Shown piece after piece: positions 38,657 through 53,945 of a stretch of DNA of 64,000 nt. Origin of the DNA: Octopus vulgaris (lineage: Eukaryota); contig OX597825.1 in assembly GCA_951406725.2 (NCBI GenBank), forward strand, positions 1,984,001 through 2,048,000, in the 5' to 3' direction. Each line of letters opens with the position of its first letter. Positions within the stretch are counted from its first letter, which is position 1. Both the position numbers and the translations under genes were made by a program. The notes under the pieces were generated by a model, which was not told where the DNA came from, did not search any database, and saw only the letters and a list, made by a program, of their open reading frames with translations.

Positions 38657-41450
38657 ATGATGGATACAGTTTTAAGTTGAAGCTGCTTTACTTATAATAT
38701 TAATGCCACAATATGCCAATTCTTTTACAGCACAACATGAATGTTCATATCCATTTATGAAATTATAATTCTACTGAGCTTACCGAAGAGTATTATCCAA
38801 CTGTAATGCCTTTGGCATTTATTCATGTTCTAATTCCAGCCTGCATGTCAAACGCTTAAGCTGCAGGGGGAATGCTTACATTAATGCTCTTATTTTATGC
38901 TAATACAATTTAACCTCTGCTAGTTTCGGAAGAGTATATATATGTATGTATTACGTCAACTAAATGTACAAAATGGCAGTGGCACAATGACTAAGTATCT
39001 ACTTTCCAACTCATTTGTGATTAGTGAATTCCTCGTTAACCTTTCTATTTAGCTGGAAATTGGATACTATTATTACAGCGAAATGGCTATAAGACCGGTA
39101 TCCGTGCAAGTATAAATTATTCTCAGCTCCGAATTAGTATCATGACATGGCTGTCACAGCACGGCAGATACTGGTTGATGAACTTATTTCATCAGACAGG
39201 TCGTCCAAAGCAATTGCAATGAACCAGTATAAATATTTTGTTAAATGAATCAAATTGACATTTGAGAAGATACATTTCAAATGATATAAGAGCTTTCTCT
39301 TGGATAAACCAGAGGGCATTCTGAAAGTTCAAAAAGATTTCACAACAAAGTGACATAAATGCAAGTTAAGATTACTTGGTTGGGTTTTTAGAAGAATTAA
39401 CTATTCGCTTAATACTACCCACGATATTTCCCGACAATTGGAATTATTTTTGGTCTCAAATACACATAAAATTTATTCTAAAAATAATCAAATGCTAGAA
39501 AATAAAGAAAATAACATCGCCCAAAGCAATTATTTTGGGATCTTAAGGGATGTTTATGTGTCAGAAAAAATGTTTCATTTGAAGAAATCTACTTTCTAAT
39601 ATATTCAATCGCGTGCAATCGTTTTAACCTGATAACAGCGCTACACGCAACAGAGACGAAGTCGAGATATCTATTAGCTTCTCTTCATAGATATCTTAAA
39701 GGGCTTCCCTTATCATTGTATTTGTTTCGAATATATATTTTCTTCCTCGGGCGAGTACAAGATTACTTAATTTATCTTGTGGCGTACAACATTTCAATTA
39801 GAAGTTTCTCAAGCCTCAGGCACTTTGTAAAATGTTCGGTTTTCGGTTTCTAAATCAACAAGCCCTCGCTGAATATCGACAGGACGGCAAGAAGATGCTA
39901 TTTAAGTTGTCTTAAAATCTAAATGTCTACATTTTAAAACGAGTCAAATTATATTTACATACCGAAGAAAAATGGAGTACTAATGTAACATTTGGCCAAG
40001 AGGCAAGTTATATGGCTCTGAAAACTTCCAAAACATACTGGTTTCCTGTGAGTGTTTATGACATATGGTTAAAACGAAGTGCTTCTCACTATGAACACGC
40101 TGGCGTTCCACTTTTATCTTCAAGTATGTGTGTATTAACGGAGAGAACTAAAACATAATTCAAACGAATGTAGATCAACCAGTTACAAATATGTTACTTA
40201 CTGTTCTTCGTACTCAAAAATATAAGGAAACAAAATTCAAAGCAGCAAATTATTTTGTTCGGTTAATCATATGATTTGATACTAATTATATACAAGTCTT
40301 TTTTTAATATTGCTATAGGCAATCAATTAAACTTATTCACGCACTAAAATATCATAAACATTCTACTATTGTATTGCTAGTTTTGTTAAATTTAAAGAAT
40401 TTAAAAAGATTTGTGGTAATTCAAGAGGGGAATTTTTTCCGTTCTATTTACCAAACTAGAGTTCTGTTTTTTTCTTATTTCTGCTTCGAAAATAAATAGA
40501 TTTCTTGTTAACATTGATAGAACTGTTTAACAATTATTTTATTTTGTAATAAATAATATTTTTATGTGAAGAAATACTTAAGGCAAAAGTATGATGAAAG
40601 GTGTATTGCGCTGATAATTGACATAAAACTACGACAAAGATTACAGAGCAAGGCGCCTTCCAGTAAATATTTCACTTCGCTATGCTAATGATTTTACTTT
40701 CATCTGCCAAAAACGGTGAAGTGTATACTTCATTGATGAGATCATAATAAATCAGAAACAAACCCAGGGTCATTTCTACTATTGTGCTAACATTTTAACT
40801 TGCCTCTTCATTACTCTCAGGCCACCACACATCAATGAACAAAGAGGTGTTACCCGTGATCATAGGTGATTTGTTAGATATAACTTATGTCAACAAAATG
40901 TGGATTATACTAAGTAAGAAATTAAATAGTTTTGATCGACCACACCTATGTACAATGAAGATATAAACATTGAATCATAGGTGTGTTTACGAACATATTT
41001 TGTTTCAGATTGCTTTATTCATCTTTTGCTTTTCTTTCCTGTCTTTTTAAGACATTAGTGAGTGCGCTTAGAGAAACATCTCTAGCAGTCAATAACCAAG
41101 AAGAAGTTTATTCTGTTCGCTTTAAATATTTATATTGCTTAGAGTTTGGGTGACATATGATTTTCAGTGAGTGAATGTTTTTGTAAACTCTTTTACCATG
41201 AGTTGAAGGTTGTACATTCACAGCATGAACTCTTCTCACACGTATGACTCAGTAAAGACGACGACGCATGGAGATACTCTTTACACGTCAAAACGTTATT
41301 GGCAAATCACTCGAGCGTTGAATAGAGTTTATCGCAGTTTTTGTCCCAGATCTATGCGCTCTGACGCAAAAGCTTTTCCTAGACAACACTATCTTTCTTT
41401 CTATGGGGGGTGGGGTGGGGGTGGCTTGATCTCAATTACAGACCATCAGC
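38657..41450 (+). pseudogene. Decayed intronless gene (copy B): signal-peptide-like start, long Cys-containing ectodomain, TM remnants; candidate Methuselah/adhesion-like class-B GPCR
   Basis: MMDTVL/EAALLIILMPQYANS (signal-like); ECSYPFM/NYNSTELTEEYY/NCNAFGIYSCSN; EEKW; KTYWFP (40030-40047); INQLQICY (40174); YCANILTCLFITL (40780); VCL (40981); TM1-like CSL*IFILL..VTY/IFSE; W...VYRSF...F...YLSFYGGWG (TM3-TM4-like, ORF 41210). Many stops and frameshifts; ~2.8 kb free of repeats. Confidence 0.45.
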
Positions 41451-41998
41451 TGGCAGGAGAAGAAGCATCTCTCTCCTCTCTCTTTCTCATTAGTGCATGC
41501 TGCAACTTAATTTCTTCTGACTTTTGGAACGATTTCACCGATATATTTTCTAAGGGAAAGAATGATAACATTTTGCATTACAACGCAATACAAGCACGCA
41601 TATACACTTCATATCAACTGTATAACCACTTACCAACCGGGTTAGAAAATAAGCATTTATAAAACAGTATAATCGCATAGAGAATTCTATCTGACCGCTA
41701 TAACCCACTCTCATACTTTTTCAAGAAACCAGAAAGCCGGAGGTAAGTAGAACGAATTTAAGCAGAGAATAACAAGGAGCATTTCGTGAAAAAGAAAGCA
41801 TCTTTAACAAAACCGCTGTCTGCCAGATCTATAATTTCAATAATGTACGGAGTTTGCAATAACATGCTTCTATTTGGACTCCATTCCAATTCCTTGAGTA
41901 GACATCATCTAATATAGTCTGGGATCAACCGAAGCCTTTTTAGTAAAATTTGGTAGAGAGTGTGTATGTGTTTATATATGTATATATACACGCATATG

Positions 41999-42049
<51 letters not shown>

Positions 42050-42544
42050 TCTTTGACTCTTTTACTCTTTTACTTGTTTCAGTCATTTGACTGTAGCAAT
42101 GCTGGAACACCGCCTTTAGTCGAGAAAATCGATAAAGTATTCGGTGTTTAAATTCAATTCATTTGAGCACAACAACGTATTTTCTATACTGAGCATATCT
42201 AGCGTTCACATATCCTGTGTACATACATACATACATACATACATATATACATAAATCTGCAGCTACTCTATCCAGATTTCATGTTCAGGCTTATACCTGT
42301 AATTTTTGGGGCCCTGTCATATGTAACACACTGCCTAAATACCAATCTTGAGAAATTAGGCTTCTCAAAACCAACTAGAAAGGAGGAAGCAAATTCGAAG
42401 ATTACAGATCCAATCCTTCACTGGAACTGTAAAAATCTGTAAAACTATCCAGAAGTTTATCCTTTAAATATATATGAGCAAGTCTAGATATGTAGCTATA
42501 TGCATGAGACAAAACATACAAATCTTCACATATACATCCATAGA

Positions 42545-42650
42545 GACAAAAATACCGTTGCAGATGTTGAAATTCCAATGAAGAAGCCTTGGATCTAGGT
42601 TAGAAACCGGTTCTTTCTCTATAGGTAAGAAATCTTGAAATAAAACTGAA
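42545..42650 (+). mobile_element. Penelope-like element terminal fragment (degenerate hammerhead-like motif)
   Basis: atgaaga-agcct..aggtt-agaaa-ccggtt followed by aataaa. Confidence 0.4.
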
Positions 42651-43218
42651 TACATATTGAATACATACATACGTATATTCTTATACATACACACGCAAAT
42701 ATATTATCATCGTCATACGTGTGTATGTTTGTGGAGCATGAGGCATTGGGCTACACCTGTCTGCTTCTGTGTATATATACATGTATAAGACTTAGTGATT
42801 CACTAATCAGGTTAATGTGTTGATTTCTGAATAAAAGGAATAGTCCTGATGTCCTAGCGAGACAAATCCTTCCAAATTATTTTTATGTGAATAATAAATC
42901 GTTTTACTGGCACAATCTTGACCCTGTAACTTATTACAAGGACAAATTACCAAACTGTGGGATTGTCACATTGTGTTTCACAGGAGCTGCAGATAACATT
43001 AATCACTAAAATATTCGATTGATATTTAATGTATTGTATATGTGTCCTGAAAGAGTTCTAGTCACCTCAAACCAACCAGAGAACTATACTGGTCTGCTCC
43101 ACCATCACAACCAAGACTGAACGACACCAGTCCGTAATCTAGTTTCTTACATTGATATATTCCGTCGGATGAATGTCTCTAGCATGTTACTGTAGTTTAT
43201 TGAGTAGAAAAGAATGAA

Positions 43219-43256
<38 letters not shown>

Positions 43257-43499
43257 TGTGTAAACCCAATATGATTCAAATCCAAAATGTAGAAAGATGA
43301 TATATATTGCAATATTACGCCTAAAATTCATATTTACACAGAGTAATTAGTCAACAAATTTCTTAGGTGTAATCCAGTTGAAAATACATAAATTAAAAAC
43401 TGCCACTCGAAACTCCAGTGAATCTCTTGAACAAATACTTCATAAAAAGCATACATTACCATGTAATTCCGAAATTTGTGAATATGAAAAATATTAGAA

Positions 43500-44400
43500 T
43501 CCAGGGTGATCAAAGATATTGGAGGGTCATCTTCGAGCAAGAAGGATTATCGACAACGATTGATTGAGATTGAAAATTTTGTGATAATTGCTAAAAGTAA
43601 CTTGCTTTCAGTAATGAAATATTATTTAAGATAATGAAGGTAGAATTGTTACAGTTATAAGTAAACAAATAATACGGTGCCATGGTACAATGTAAAGGAA
43701 ATGGATCAGTACAACATCGAAGATTGAAATATAAGAAATTTTTTCACTGAAACACAAGCAGAAAACAGAGCTATAATCATTGAAAAAAGGCGAAATTTAC
43801 TTATGAAGAAATGAGGATGAATGGTATATCGTCGGAAATCTGGTGGAATCTAAAGGAGAAACCTTAAAAGAGATCAGAAGAACTAAAGCTTAGGTATTAC
43901 AAAGATAAATCTCAACAGTGTGAAGTATTTAACAGCTTAGAAGAGAGAGAAAAAAGCTGTTTACGGCTAAGCTGTAACTTATATTATCGAAAACCGTGTA
44001 TCATGATTAGCATGGTGTAGCAAATACTGGAAACAAGAACATGGAATAAATTAAGAAAGATGAAAGTGACATCAGAATTGTGCAGATTATGAAAGGGAAA
44101 AAAGAACAGCAAATGCAAACTATCCATCATTTTTGTCTAGATTTAGAATATTCTCTGAGAATTCTGTTAAAAGGAATGACAATGCAGTGAATATCCTAGA
44201 AGTGTAATAGATTTGAAAAAGAAAGGAAAAAAAGAGTAAGAATGATTAATCAGAAACATACAGTGTGGTATAAAATCAAATATGATGAGAAACAATGAGA
44301 GGAGGAAAGTAAAGAAAAGTGTGTGAAGGTTTCGAATTGTATGCGAGGAGTATTTGAGAGCAGATCTAGTAATTTAATAGAACGAGTCTAACATAGCAAA
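43500..44400 (+). mobile_element. Possible highly decayed LINE ORF2 remnant
   Basis: A-rich plus strand; NGISSEIW (~43820) resembles the LINE DGIPxExWK motif; no intact domain. Confidence 0.25.
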
Positions 44401-44576
44401 AACGAAATCAATTTCAATAAACATAGGTGCACGTGATCTCCATAAGCTTCCTTATAAGATTATTCTAAGAATCCATCAACAACTTCGAATACTGCTTTAA
44501 TGTTGGACGGGAATTAACGGGTCCAGCAAGATAATGGTGGCCTTCAGTAAAGCTAAGGTATGTGGATGTGTGGCAA

Positions 44577-44947
44577 GGCGCAGGAGCGGCTGTGTGGCAA
44601 GTAACTTGCTTACAAACCACATGGTTCCGGGTTCAGTCCCACTGCATGCCACCTTGGGCAAGTGTCTTCTACTATAGCCTCGGGCCGACCAAAGAAAGAA
44701 GCCCGTCGTATATATGTATATGTATATATATATGTGTGTGTATGTTTTTTGTCTGTGTTTGTCCCCCAACATCGCTTGACAACCGATTTTGGTGTGTTTA
44801 CGTCGTCCCCGTAACGTAGCGGTTCGGCAAAGGAGACCGATAGAATAATTACTAGGCTTACAAAGAATAAGTCCTGGGGTCGATTTGCTCGACTAAATGC
44901 GGTGCTCCAGTATGGCCGCAGTCAAATCACTGAAACAAGTAAAAGAG

Positions 44948-44950
<3 letters not shown>
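44577..44950 (+). mobile_element. SINE family B, young copy with small internal deletion
   Basis: High visible identity to 35857-36255; followed by (TA)n. Confidence 0.93.
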
Positions 44951-44985
<35 letters not shown>

Positions 44986-45017
44986 TTATTCTTATTAGGA
45001 ATGAGAAATTTCCCCAA

Positions 45018-45063
45018 GACACCTGAAGAAGGCTGGAGGGTAAATCAGCCGAAACGTTGTGTT
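45018..45063 (+). ncRNA. Minimal type-I hammerhead ribozyme motif in a Penelope-like terminal fragment (~44985-45105)
   Basis: gacac | CTGAAGA a | ggctg-gagggtaaat-cagcc | GAAA | c gtt | gtgtt: stem I, conserved core, stem II, GAAA, palindromic aacgtt stem III and GUU cleavage triplet; aataaa downstream. Confidence 0.7.
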
Positions 45064-46939
45064 AACAAATATCCGTCAAATGTAAATAATGTAAATAAAG
45101 AAATATCAAAAGCTAGTTTTTGACGAGTCGTTGTAGTTGTTTAGCTTTAGATCCAGCAGACATGTAAAGCCTACTGTAACTCTCTCGTCCCTTTCTTAGG
45201 CAGAGTATAGAATCCGACATATCATTCTCTACGGAGGTGAAGTAATATGAGAGAGATTTGGCTGTTATTTCAAGCAGGTCGATAGAACGCGTAATGGATC
45301 TCCCGTCGCTTTCTATATTTTTTTTTTGCTTGAGATGTGAGAAATGAGGAGGTATTACTACGTTAAAATTGTGCCAATTATGTTCGGTTGTTAAGACGAA
45401 AGAATTACTTAAAGACAATTGAAAGGCAAGTGAACAAGTCATTAAATGAAATCAACAGACGAAGCTTGTGTACAGACATAAAAGAGTCTTTAGTGTGAAA
45501 GTGAAACACAGATACTGTCTGAAATTGTTCAGAATAAATTTCGCTGTCCGAAAATACCGATGATTTCGAATTTGACTTTTATCATCCAGGAATCGATATA
45601 ATAACTGAGTCGAGTAATTTAATCGACTATGGCACCAACACAGAGAACATCTGAGATGTTGGACTTAAATTACAAGTCATTAGAATTCAAGAGACTTTTT
45701 ATTATTACGAGGTTTTACTGCAATATCGAGCAGCGCCGCTCTTCGCCCCTTCAGTGTTTATGTAGCTTTTAGTTCGGGACTTTTATTTTCCCGTTTAAAA
45801 ATATGTTTCATTGCCTTCATATGTTTTTCTCTGTGCATAGTTGTATATCCTTGGGGATTTTTATTAATTGTAAATCCGGAGATTATGATTTGGATTTATA
45901 TGCATAATTTTTAATCATTACTAAGAAGTTAGCAGATATTAGAAGTTATAATTGCTTTCATTTTCTACATTCCGGTTATCTCATTTTCTATATCCTTATA
46001 TCTGGATAATTTCTCTATTTCTTTTAAATATAGATTTTCGTCTGTTAGTATCGATGCATCGATTAAAAAATACACATTTTTCTGATGTCGTTTGAAAATA
46101 ATATATGGACAATTTATCTTACTCTTCCTGTCTATGAATTTGCATATCGTAGCGTATAATCACTTTATTCGACAACACTTGTATTGCGTGCTTCTACCAC
46201 CTTACCTCTGTGCATATTTCATAAAGATGCAATACTTTTTAACGTATGGGAGTTAACAAAGTGACCAAAGTGTGGGATATGTTAATTCATACAGACAGGA
46301 AATTGTAGAAAATTGTTGTAATATTTTGGCCAAACACTATCGGTGTATCGATTTCACCTTACCGCAACACATCTCTAAAATACAGACAAAAATTTCTTTC
46401 TAAATTTAATCGTTAGGTGTCGGACTTTGGTAGGCACTTTCTAAAGGCCGTTATTACTTTTCTTCTTTTCTGGCCAAACAGTTTTTGTTCACTTAGAATC
46501 CAGGTGAGAAAATCTCGACCAAAACTTGTTACTGGAGCAGCTAGAGTGTACCTATCAACAATTTGGTAATAGTTTATTTCTGTTGTATTTACTTATCTCT
46601 ATGATAGTTATCCCTAACCTTTCCATGACTTTAGTCTAACACTCTTATCTCTGTTTTTCTTTTATCTAATTTGTTATAAATGGTCTGTATTAAATTTCCT
46701 GTCATGAAAGTCGCCTGAACACAATTTCGAAATTGAATTGCAATATAAGAGAGAGAAGATGAGAGAGAATGAGAACACAATCATGAAATCCGTATAGGCA
46801 TTCGCTGTATCTGTCTGTTTCTCCTCAGTTACGACACATCGAGCTCTGCGTATAGGGAGCCATGGCAGAAGATGGACTTTCTTTCCTGAAGACCTTCCAT
46901 CTAAAGCTCCAAATTGATGAAATGTGGCCTGGGGAAAGC

Positions 46940-47128
46940 CGAGCTGCAATAAGGGTGGAGCACTTGCAGAAAACAGCACTACTTGGAATCGCTCGAAAAC
47001 TCCGGAAGGTGCTCGAAAAATAAGGGGTCTAACCTTAGTTCACTGGTAGTGAACAGCTGACACCGTACTACATCTCCAGCGTTAGAAGCTGTGCAAAGGC
47101 AATGATGCTGCTGATAATAATAATAATG

Positions 47129-47162
<34 letters not shown>
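46940..47162 (+). mobile_element. 3' end of R4/Dong-type LINE with (TAA)n tract
   Basis: AAIRVEHLQKTALLGIARKLRKVLEK* is a typical RLE-LINE C-terminus; a short 3'UTR then (taa)n at ~47113-47162. Confidence 0.8.
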
Positions 47163-47163
<1 letters not shown>

Positions 47164-47254
47164 TTCAAAATAATCCGCGTAGCAAAATCTGGACGGCCAA
47201 AGAAAGGATCACTACGAAAAGAAACTCCTAAACTAATAGTAAAAACCGGAAAAT

Positions 47255-47451
47255 ATTATTTCAACTGTAGGCCCTGAAAATTTTGGGAAAGAGGACTAGT
47301 CGATTACATCGACTCCGTTGTTTCACTGGTACTTAATTTATCGATCCCGAAAGGATGAAACGCAAAGTCGACCACGGCGGAATTTGAACTCGGAACGTAA
47401 CGGCAGACGAAATACTGCTAAGCATTTCTAACGGTTCTGCCAGGTCACCAT
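47255..47451 (-). mobile_element. SINE family A
   Basis: gtcgattacatcgac..actggtacttaatttatcgatcccgaaaggatgaaa..ggcggaatttgaactc. Confidence 0.9.
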
Positions 47452-48024
47452 CTCAAAAGCAAATAAATAAAACAAGAAAAAAAAAGCATACGATAACAGT
47501 TGAATAATTGGTAGTATCTTTAGAAAGCTTTGCATAGATTAATGCCGCACACACCTCAAAAAGAAAGAGGTAGGCATTGGCAACGGGTTCGATTGAAGGT
47601 AGGTGAATTATCGATAGAATGGACCGCGAAATAAAGGAAAGAGTGAAAGACAAATTCTTTTGTGGAGGAAATGTTAAACACATGGAAATTCGAAAATACA
47701 GTATAAAACATTTAATATGTCGCACAACCGTTCCTACCAACCTGCCATTCTTCTCCCAACAATAATACCACTATCACCACCACCTCCATCACCACCATCA
47801 CCACCACCTTCACCCTCCCCCCACTACCACCACAATACTTAAACAACAGTAATACAAACAACAATAATCTCTGAAAAATGGTCTAGAAAATTATTGATCT
47901 TCAATTTTCAAAATGAATATATTTTTCATGTGATAAGTTTGGAAAATATGTTTAGCTCCAGTGGGTTTCATAGTTTCCTATGAAGTTTAATACGAGTTAA
48001 ACAAGCAATATTTCATACGACTTT

Positions 48025-48035
48025 ATTCATATATA

Positions 48036-48088
<53 letters not shown>

Positions 48089-48126
48089 GTATATATATAC
48101 ATGTATATATATATATACATATATAT

Positions 48127-48175
<49 letters not shown>

Positions 48176-48196
48176 TATATATATATATGCATATTC

Positions 48197-48266
<70 letters not shown>

Positions 48267-48290
48267 GTATGTATGTATGAATATGCATAT
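48025..48290. repeat. (TA)n microsatellite
   Basis: Directly visible. Confidence 0.97.
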
Positions 48291-50548
48291 GATATAATAT
48301 TTATATTGCAAATAACATTTGTGCTCAGACTTCAATGGGTTTCCATACATTTCATGAAGCTGGCTTCATGATGATGTCAATTCGAATAACGCGTGAAAAG
48401 ATCAAAATAAAAACGAGAATAGCTTATTGTTGTTGCTGTTGTTATTGTTCTTATGTTTGTGGTTGTTTTTGTTGTTGTTTGCAGCGAATGGACAAATATA
48501 ACACAGGTCTGGGGAAGGTTGCAGTTACAACGTTTAATTTGAAGGAAACCATTTTTTTTCTTCTTTGGTCATATTTTGCCAACAAAGGAATTTCGAACGT
48601 TTGAACTTCCACCCTGTTATCTTTGAGTGGAAAAAGAAGGTTTGTTCTCGGACATTTTTCATATTTTATATTTTTGGAAACCGTGTTTACTCGAAATTTA
48701 ATAAGGCCTCCTCTGGAGCTACAGAAAGTGCAGAAATGATACGTCCTCGGAAATTCAAAAGTATTTTGGAAATTTTGTAAGCTAAAACGCTGTTTCAAAT
48801 AAGATGATTGTGTAACAAAATTATGTTCATTGAACTACCAGCACACACGTAAACACGCATTTACGCATTAGTGCATGTCAATGGAAGCAAAGTAGATGTA
48901 GTTTTAAAAACTTTAATCAAAAAGAAAAGCAACCGTAACAGATTTTTTACATTTAGGAATGTGTGAGAACCTTTGCGACTGAGTCATCTCAATGAATATA
49001 AGAGTATTTTTTCGAGATGCGTGTCAGAGAAGTCGGCGTATCTTTACCTGATTATTCGAAAAGCGAAATGGTAAGTATAGGAATATGACTAGCAATTTCG
49101 AAGAATTTTTCTGTTTTTTTTTAATTTTTAAAAAATTTTTTTTAGAAATGTTTTCATCATTATAAAACAGAATAAACCCCTGACTGAAGTATGTTTCTGA
49201 AATCTCCGTGTGTCAACTCGAATTGGAAATGCACTTCCTTTTTTGAATCATTAAATCATTACAAAAAAATTTTGCCTCTCACAATATAGAAACATTACTT
49301 ATAACTCTTGCAGACAAAGTGGAAAAGGCGTATCTCCGGAGGATGGCGAAGGGGAGATTCATAACTTCTGCTTTTTGAAAACAAATGGATTCTATATGCA
49401 ATCGAGGACGCACTTAAAAACCTGGCCATTTGTGGCACAATTTGTGTTCGGTCAACTGCGTTAGTACATATGGAAGTCTTTTCATAGTATTTAGTAAGCC
49501 TGGCAAGATAGTGACACATTACATGGCAAAGAAAAACGCAAGTGAGTAAGCTAAGGACATCGGTGCAGACATTGATGCTTGGCTCATTATCACCTTTATG
49601 ACGCAGTACGTGTAGGTGGTAAGTGCGGGGGTATGTGGCCGGGTACAGTCTGCATAATCACGTGGTTATTGATGAACTCCGAAGCGTCCAAGAAATTACT
49701 TGAATTGTATCTCATTGCAGGCGTGAAAAGGAAGACAATTACACAGTTTGTACAGAGCAGAAAACCTAACCGCTAGTCATGTGAGAGTAACAGGTTATAG
49801 CGGGAGAGGAATAATGCCTTTGACAACAAGATAAGGCGCAAGGACAGGGGTATGTTATACAAAGCTTAGTTACGAGAGCGACAGCAGTAGCAAGTTCGGG
49901 AATGGTATACGAAATCGCCAAGCCCTAAGTGCCAAGGCATGATAACACAATGGATGCAGTGCTTGACGGAGGTCACGAATACTAGAATCAATGTATCGTC
50001 ATTTAAAGATTCAGAATAAATAAAGCAACTGTCGCAGTGAGCCAAAAGAGTAAAAATAAAGAACCAGTCAAGACTAAATATAAATAATAGAAAGTGGACA
50101 GACCACAAATTCCTCCAACTTTCCATTGGTCAGAAAAAGGAACAGTGGCATACTCAATTTGATTTTAATGCTGGAGGAAAACGAAGTTAAGTGAAATGCA
50201 GATTGAGGGTGAGTTGTGACACGAGTAGCAGACTAAAAGATACGACAGAAGTTGAATAAACATGGCGTTTGCATCTATTTTTGTTTGAGGGGTTGTTTTC
50301 GAAAACATATGTCTGTTTACAACTCGGTTCGAACCCAAAACTATGGCTACATTCGAATACAGCAAACACCAATAAAATTAGAGGATACCAGTCGAGTTTC
50401 ATCTCACAAGGAGGTAATTTTTCCTTCTTATTTTAGTGAGTTGCCTTGCTCTGTTTTGTTTGTATTTATCTAATTATTTTCTGTATTTTTATTTAGACTG
50501 AAATTTATCATCATTTGTGTTAAATCTAAAGCTTTAATGTCTTTTATT

Positions 50549-50610
50549 GTAAGTTACTTATTTTGAGAGTGTTTACCTTCATAAACACTCTCAAAAGAAG
50601 TATAACTCAC
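50549..50610. repeat. Hairpin: perfect 15-bp stem with 6-nt loop, extendable imperfectly
   Basis: ttttgagagtgttta (50561-50575) ccttca taaacactctcaaaa (50582-50596). Confidence 0.9.
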
Positions 50611-52056
50611 TTTCTTTCTACATTTCCACCATTATTTATTTCATTTAGTTCAGTATATTTCGATCTGGCAGAATCGTTAGCTCACCGAGAAATAATTTAG
50701 GGGTAGTTCGTCCCTCTGCACTTAATTCCACAGAGATTGACTTCACCTTCATCCTTTCGATCAAATATATACCCCTTGTGTACTGTAGTCGATGTTATCT
50801 CGCCCTCTCTCCACAAATTTCTAAATGTGCATCTTTGTATATATGTGGGTAGAAATATATATAATATGCCTGTATGTTCTGTATCTCCCTTTTGTAATAG
50901 ATTTCTTGAAAACACACGTAAATAAATTCAAAAAATTACCGTTCGAGCGTTAAACAAAATGCCTTGCGTTATTTGCTACGGATCTTTACGATCTGATTTC
51001 AAATGCCGCTATGCTAAAGTTTACCTTTCATTCACCCAGAGCCCATGCAACAAAATATTAAAAATGTACTGGAATTCATATAATAACTATTCCTCTTCAC
51101 TCATAAATTTGAATGCTTACGAGAATTCATAAAAATGTTGCCATTTGGAAATGTGCTTTTGGTTGTTCATACGGGTTCGAAAACTTCGCCAATTTACATG
51201 CTAAGGCAAAGTAATTTTTGAGTCGTATATGGCCATAAAGAGAGAGTATTTCTCCTCTTGCTATTATTTCTCTTCTTCTAGAAAATATAATAGCTATAAT
51301 TCGCCAAATAAAATTTTTGTGTCTTTTGCCAACAAACATTTCAAATATAGCTACGATGACTGCACAGGCACCAAAATGGAAATAAAAAAAATGTGAACAA
51401 TATAACAAATAACAATTACACAGAAAGACATTCAGTTTTCAAAGACAAAATTGCCTTGCACTATGATGCTTTAAAATACTATAACCTAAAATTCTAACAA
51501 AAAAAAAAAAGCAACATCAACAGAACAATTTCTCTTGTACACATATTATCAGAACTTATGAGATTTTAAATATGTTTACAAGTAGAGAAAAGGACAGTTT
51601 ACACATATATATATGAACGGCACAAATACATACTTAATCAAGGCACTTTTTCAGGAGTAGGAATGTAACTTACACTTGCCTAGAGAATATCAGACTGCCT
51701 TCAAAATACCATTTGAAGGGTTCTTTCGCCGTGTTATCCATTTATTCGGGAAAATATCTGATAGTGTCTGTCTGATATTTAATACTATGCAACGGATGGA
51801 AGGACAAACCGATTTAGTGCACCAAAACTTGCCCATTGGATTATACAACGAGATATAGTGCATCACAGAACAACGACCCAGCCATTGGTAAGAACGTTTA
51901 CTCTTGGCTTTCGACACAATTACTATTTCGTCCTTGAATGCCTTCAAGTGCAGTCAACTTTAACTTTCATCGATAAATAAAGTACCAGTTGAGCACTGGC
52001 TCTATCTAATCGATTAACTCCAAACAAATTACTTGCCTTTCGCCAAAATTTGATAC

Positions 52057-53945
<1,889 letters not shown>

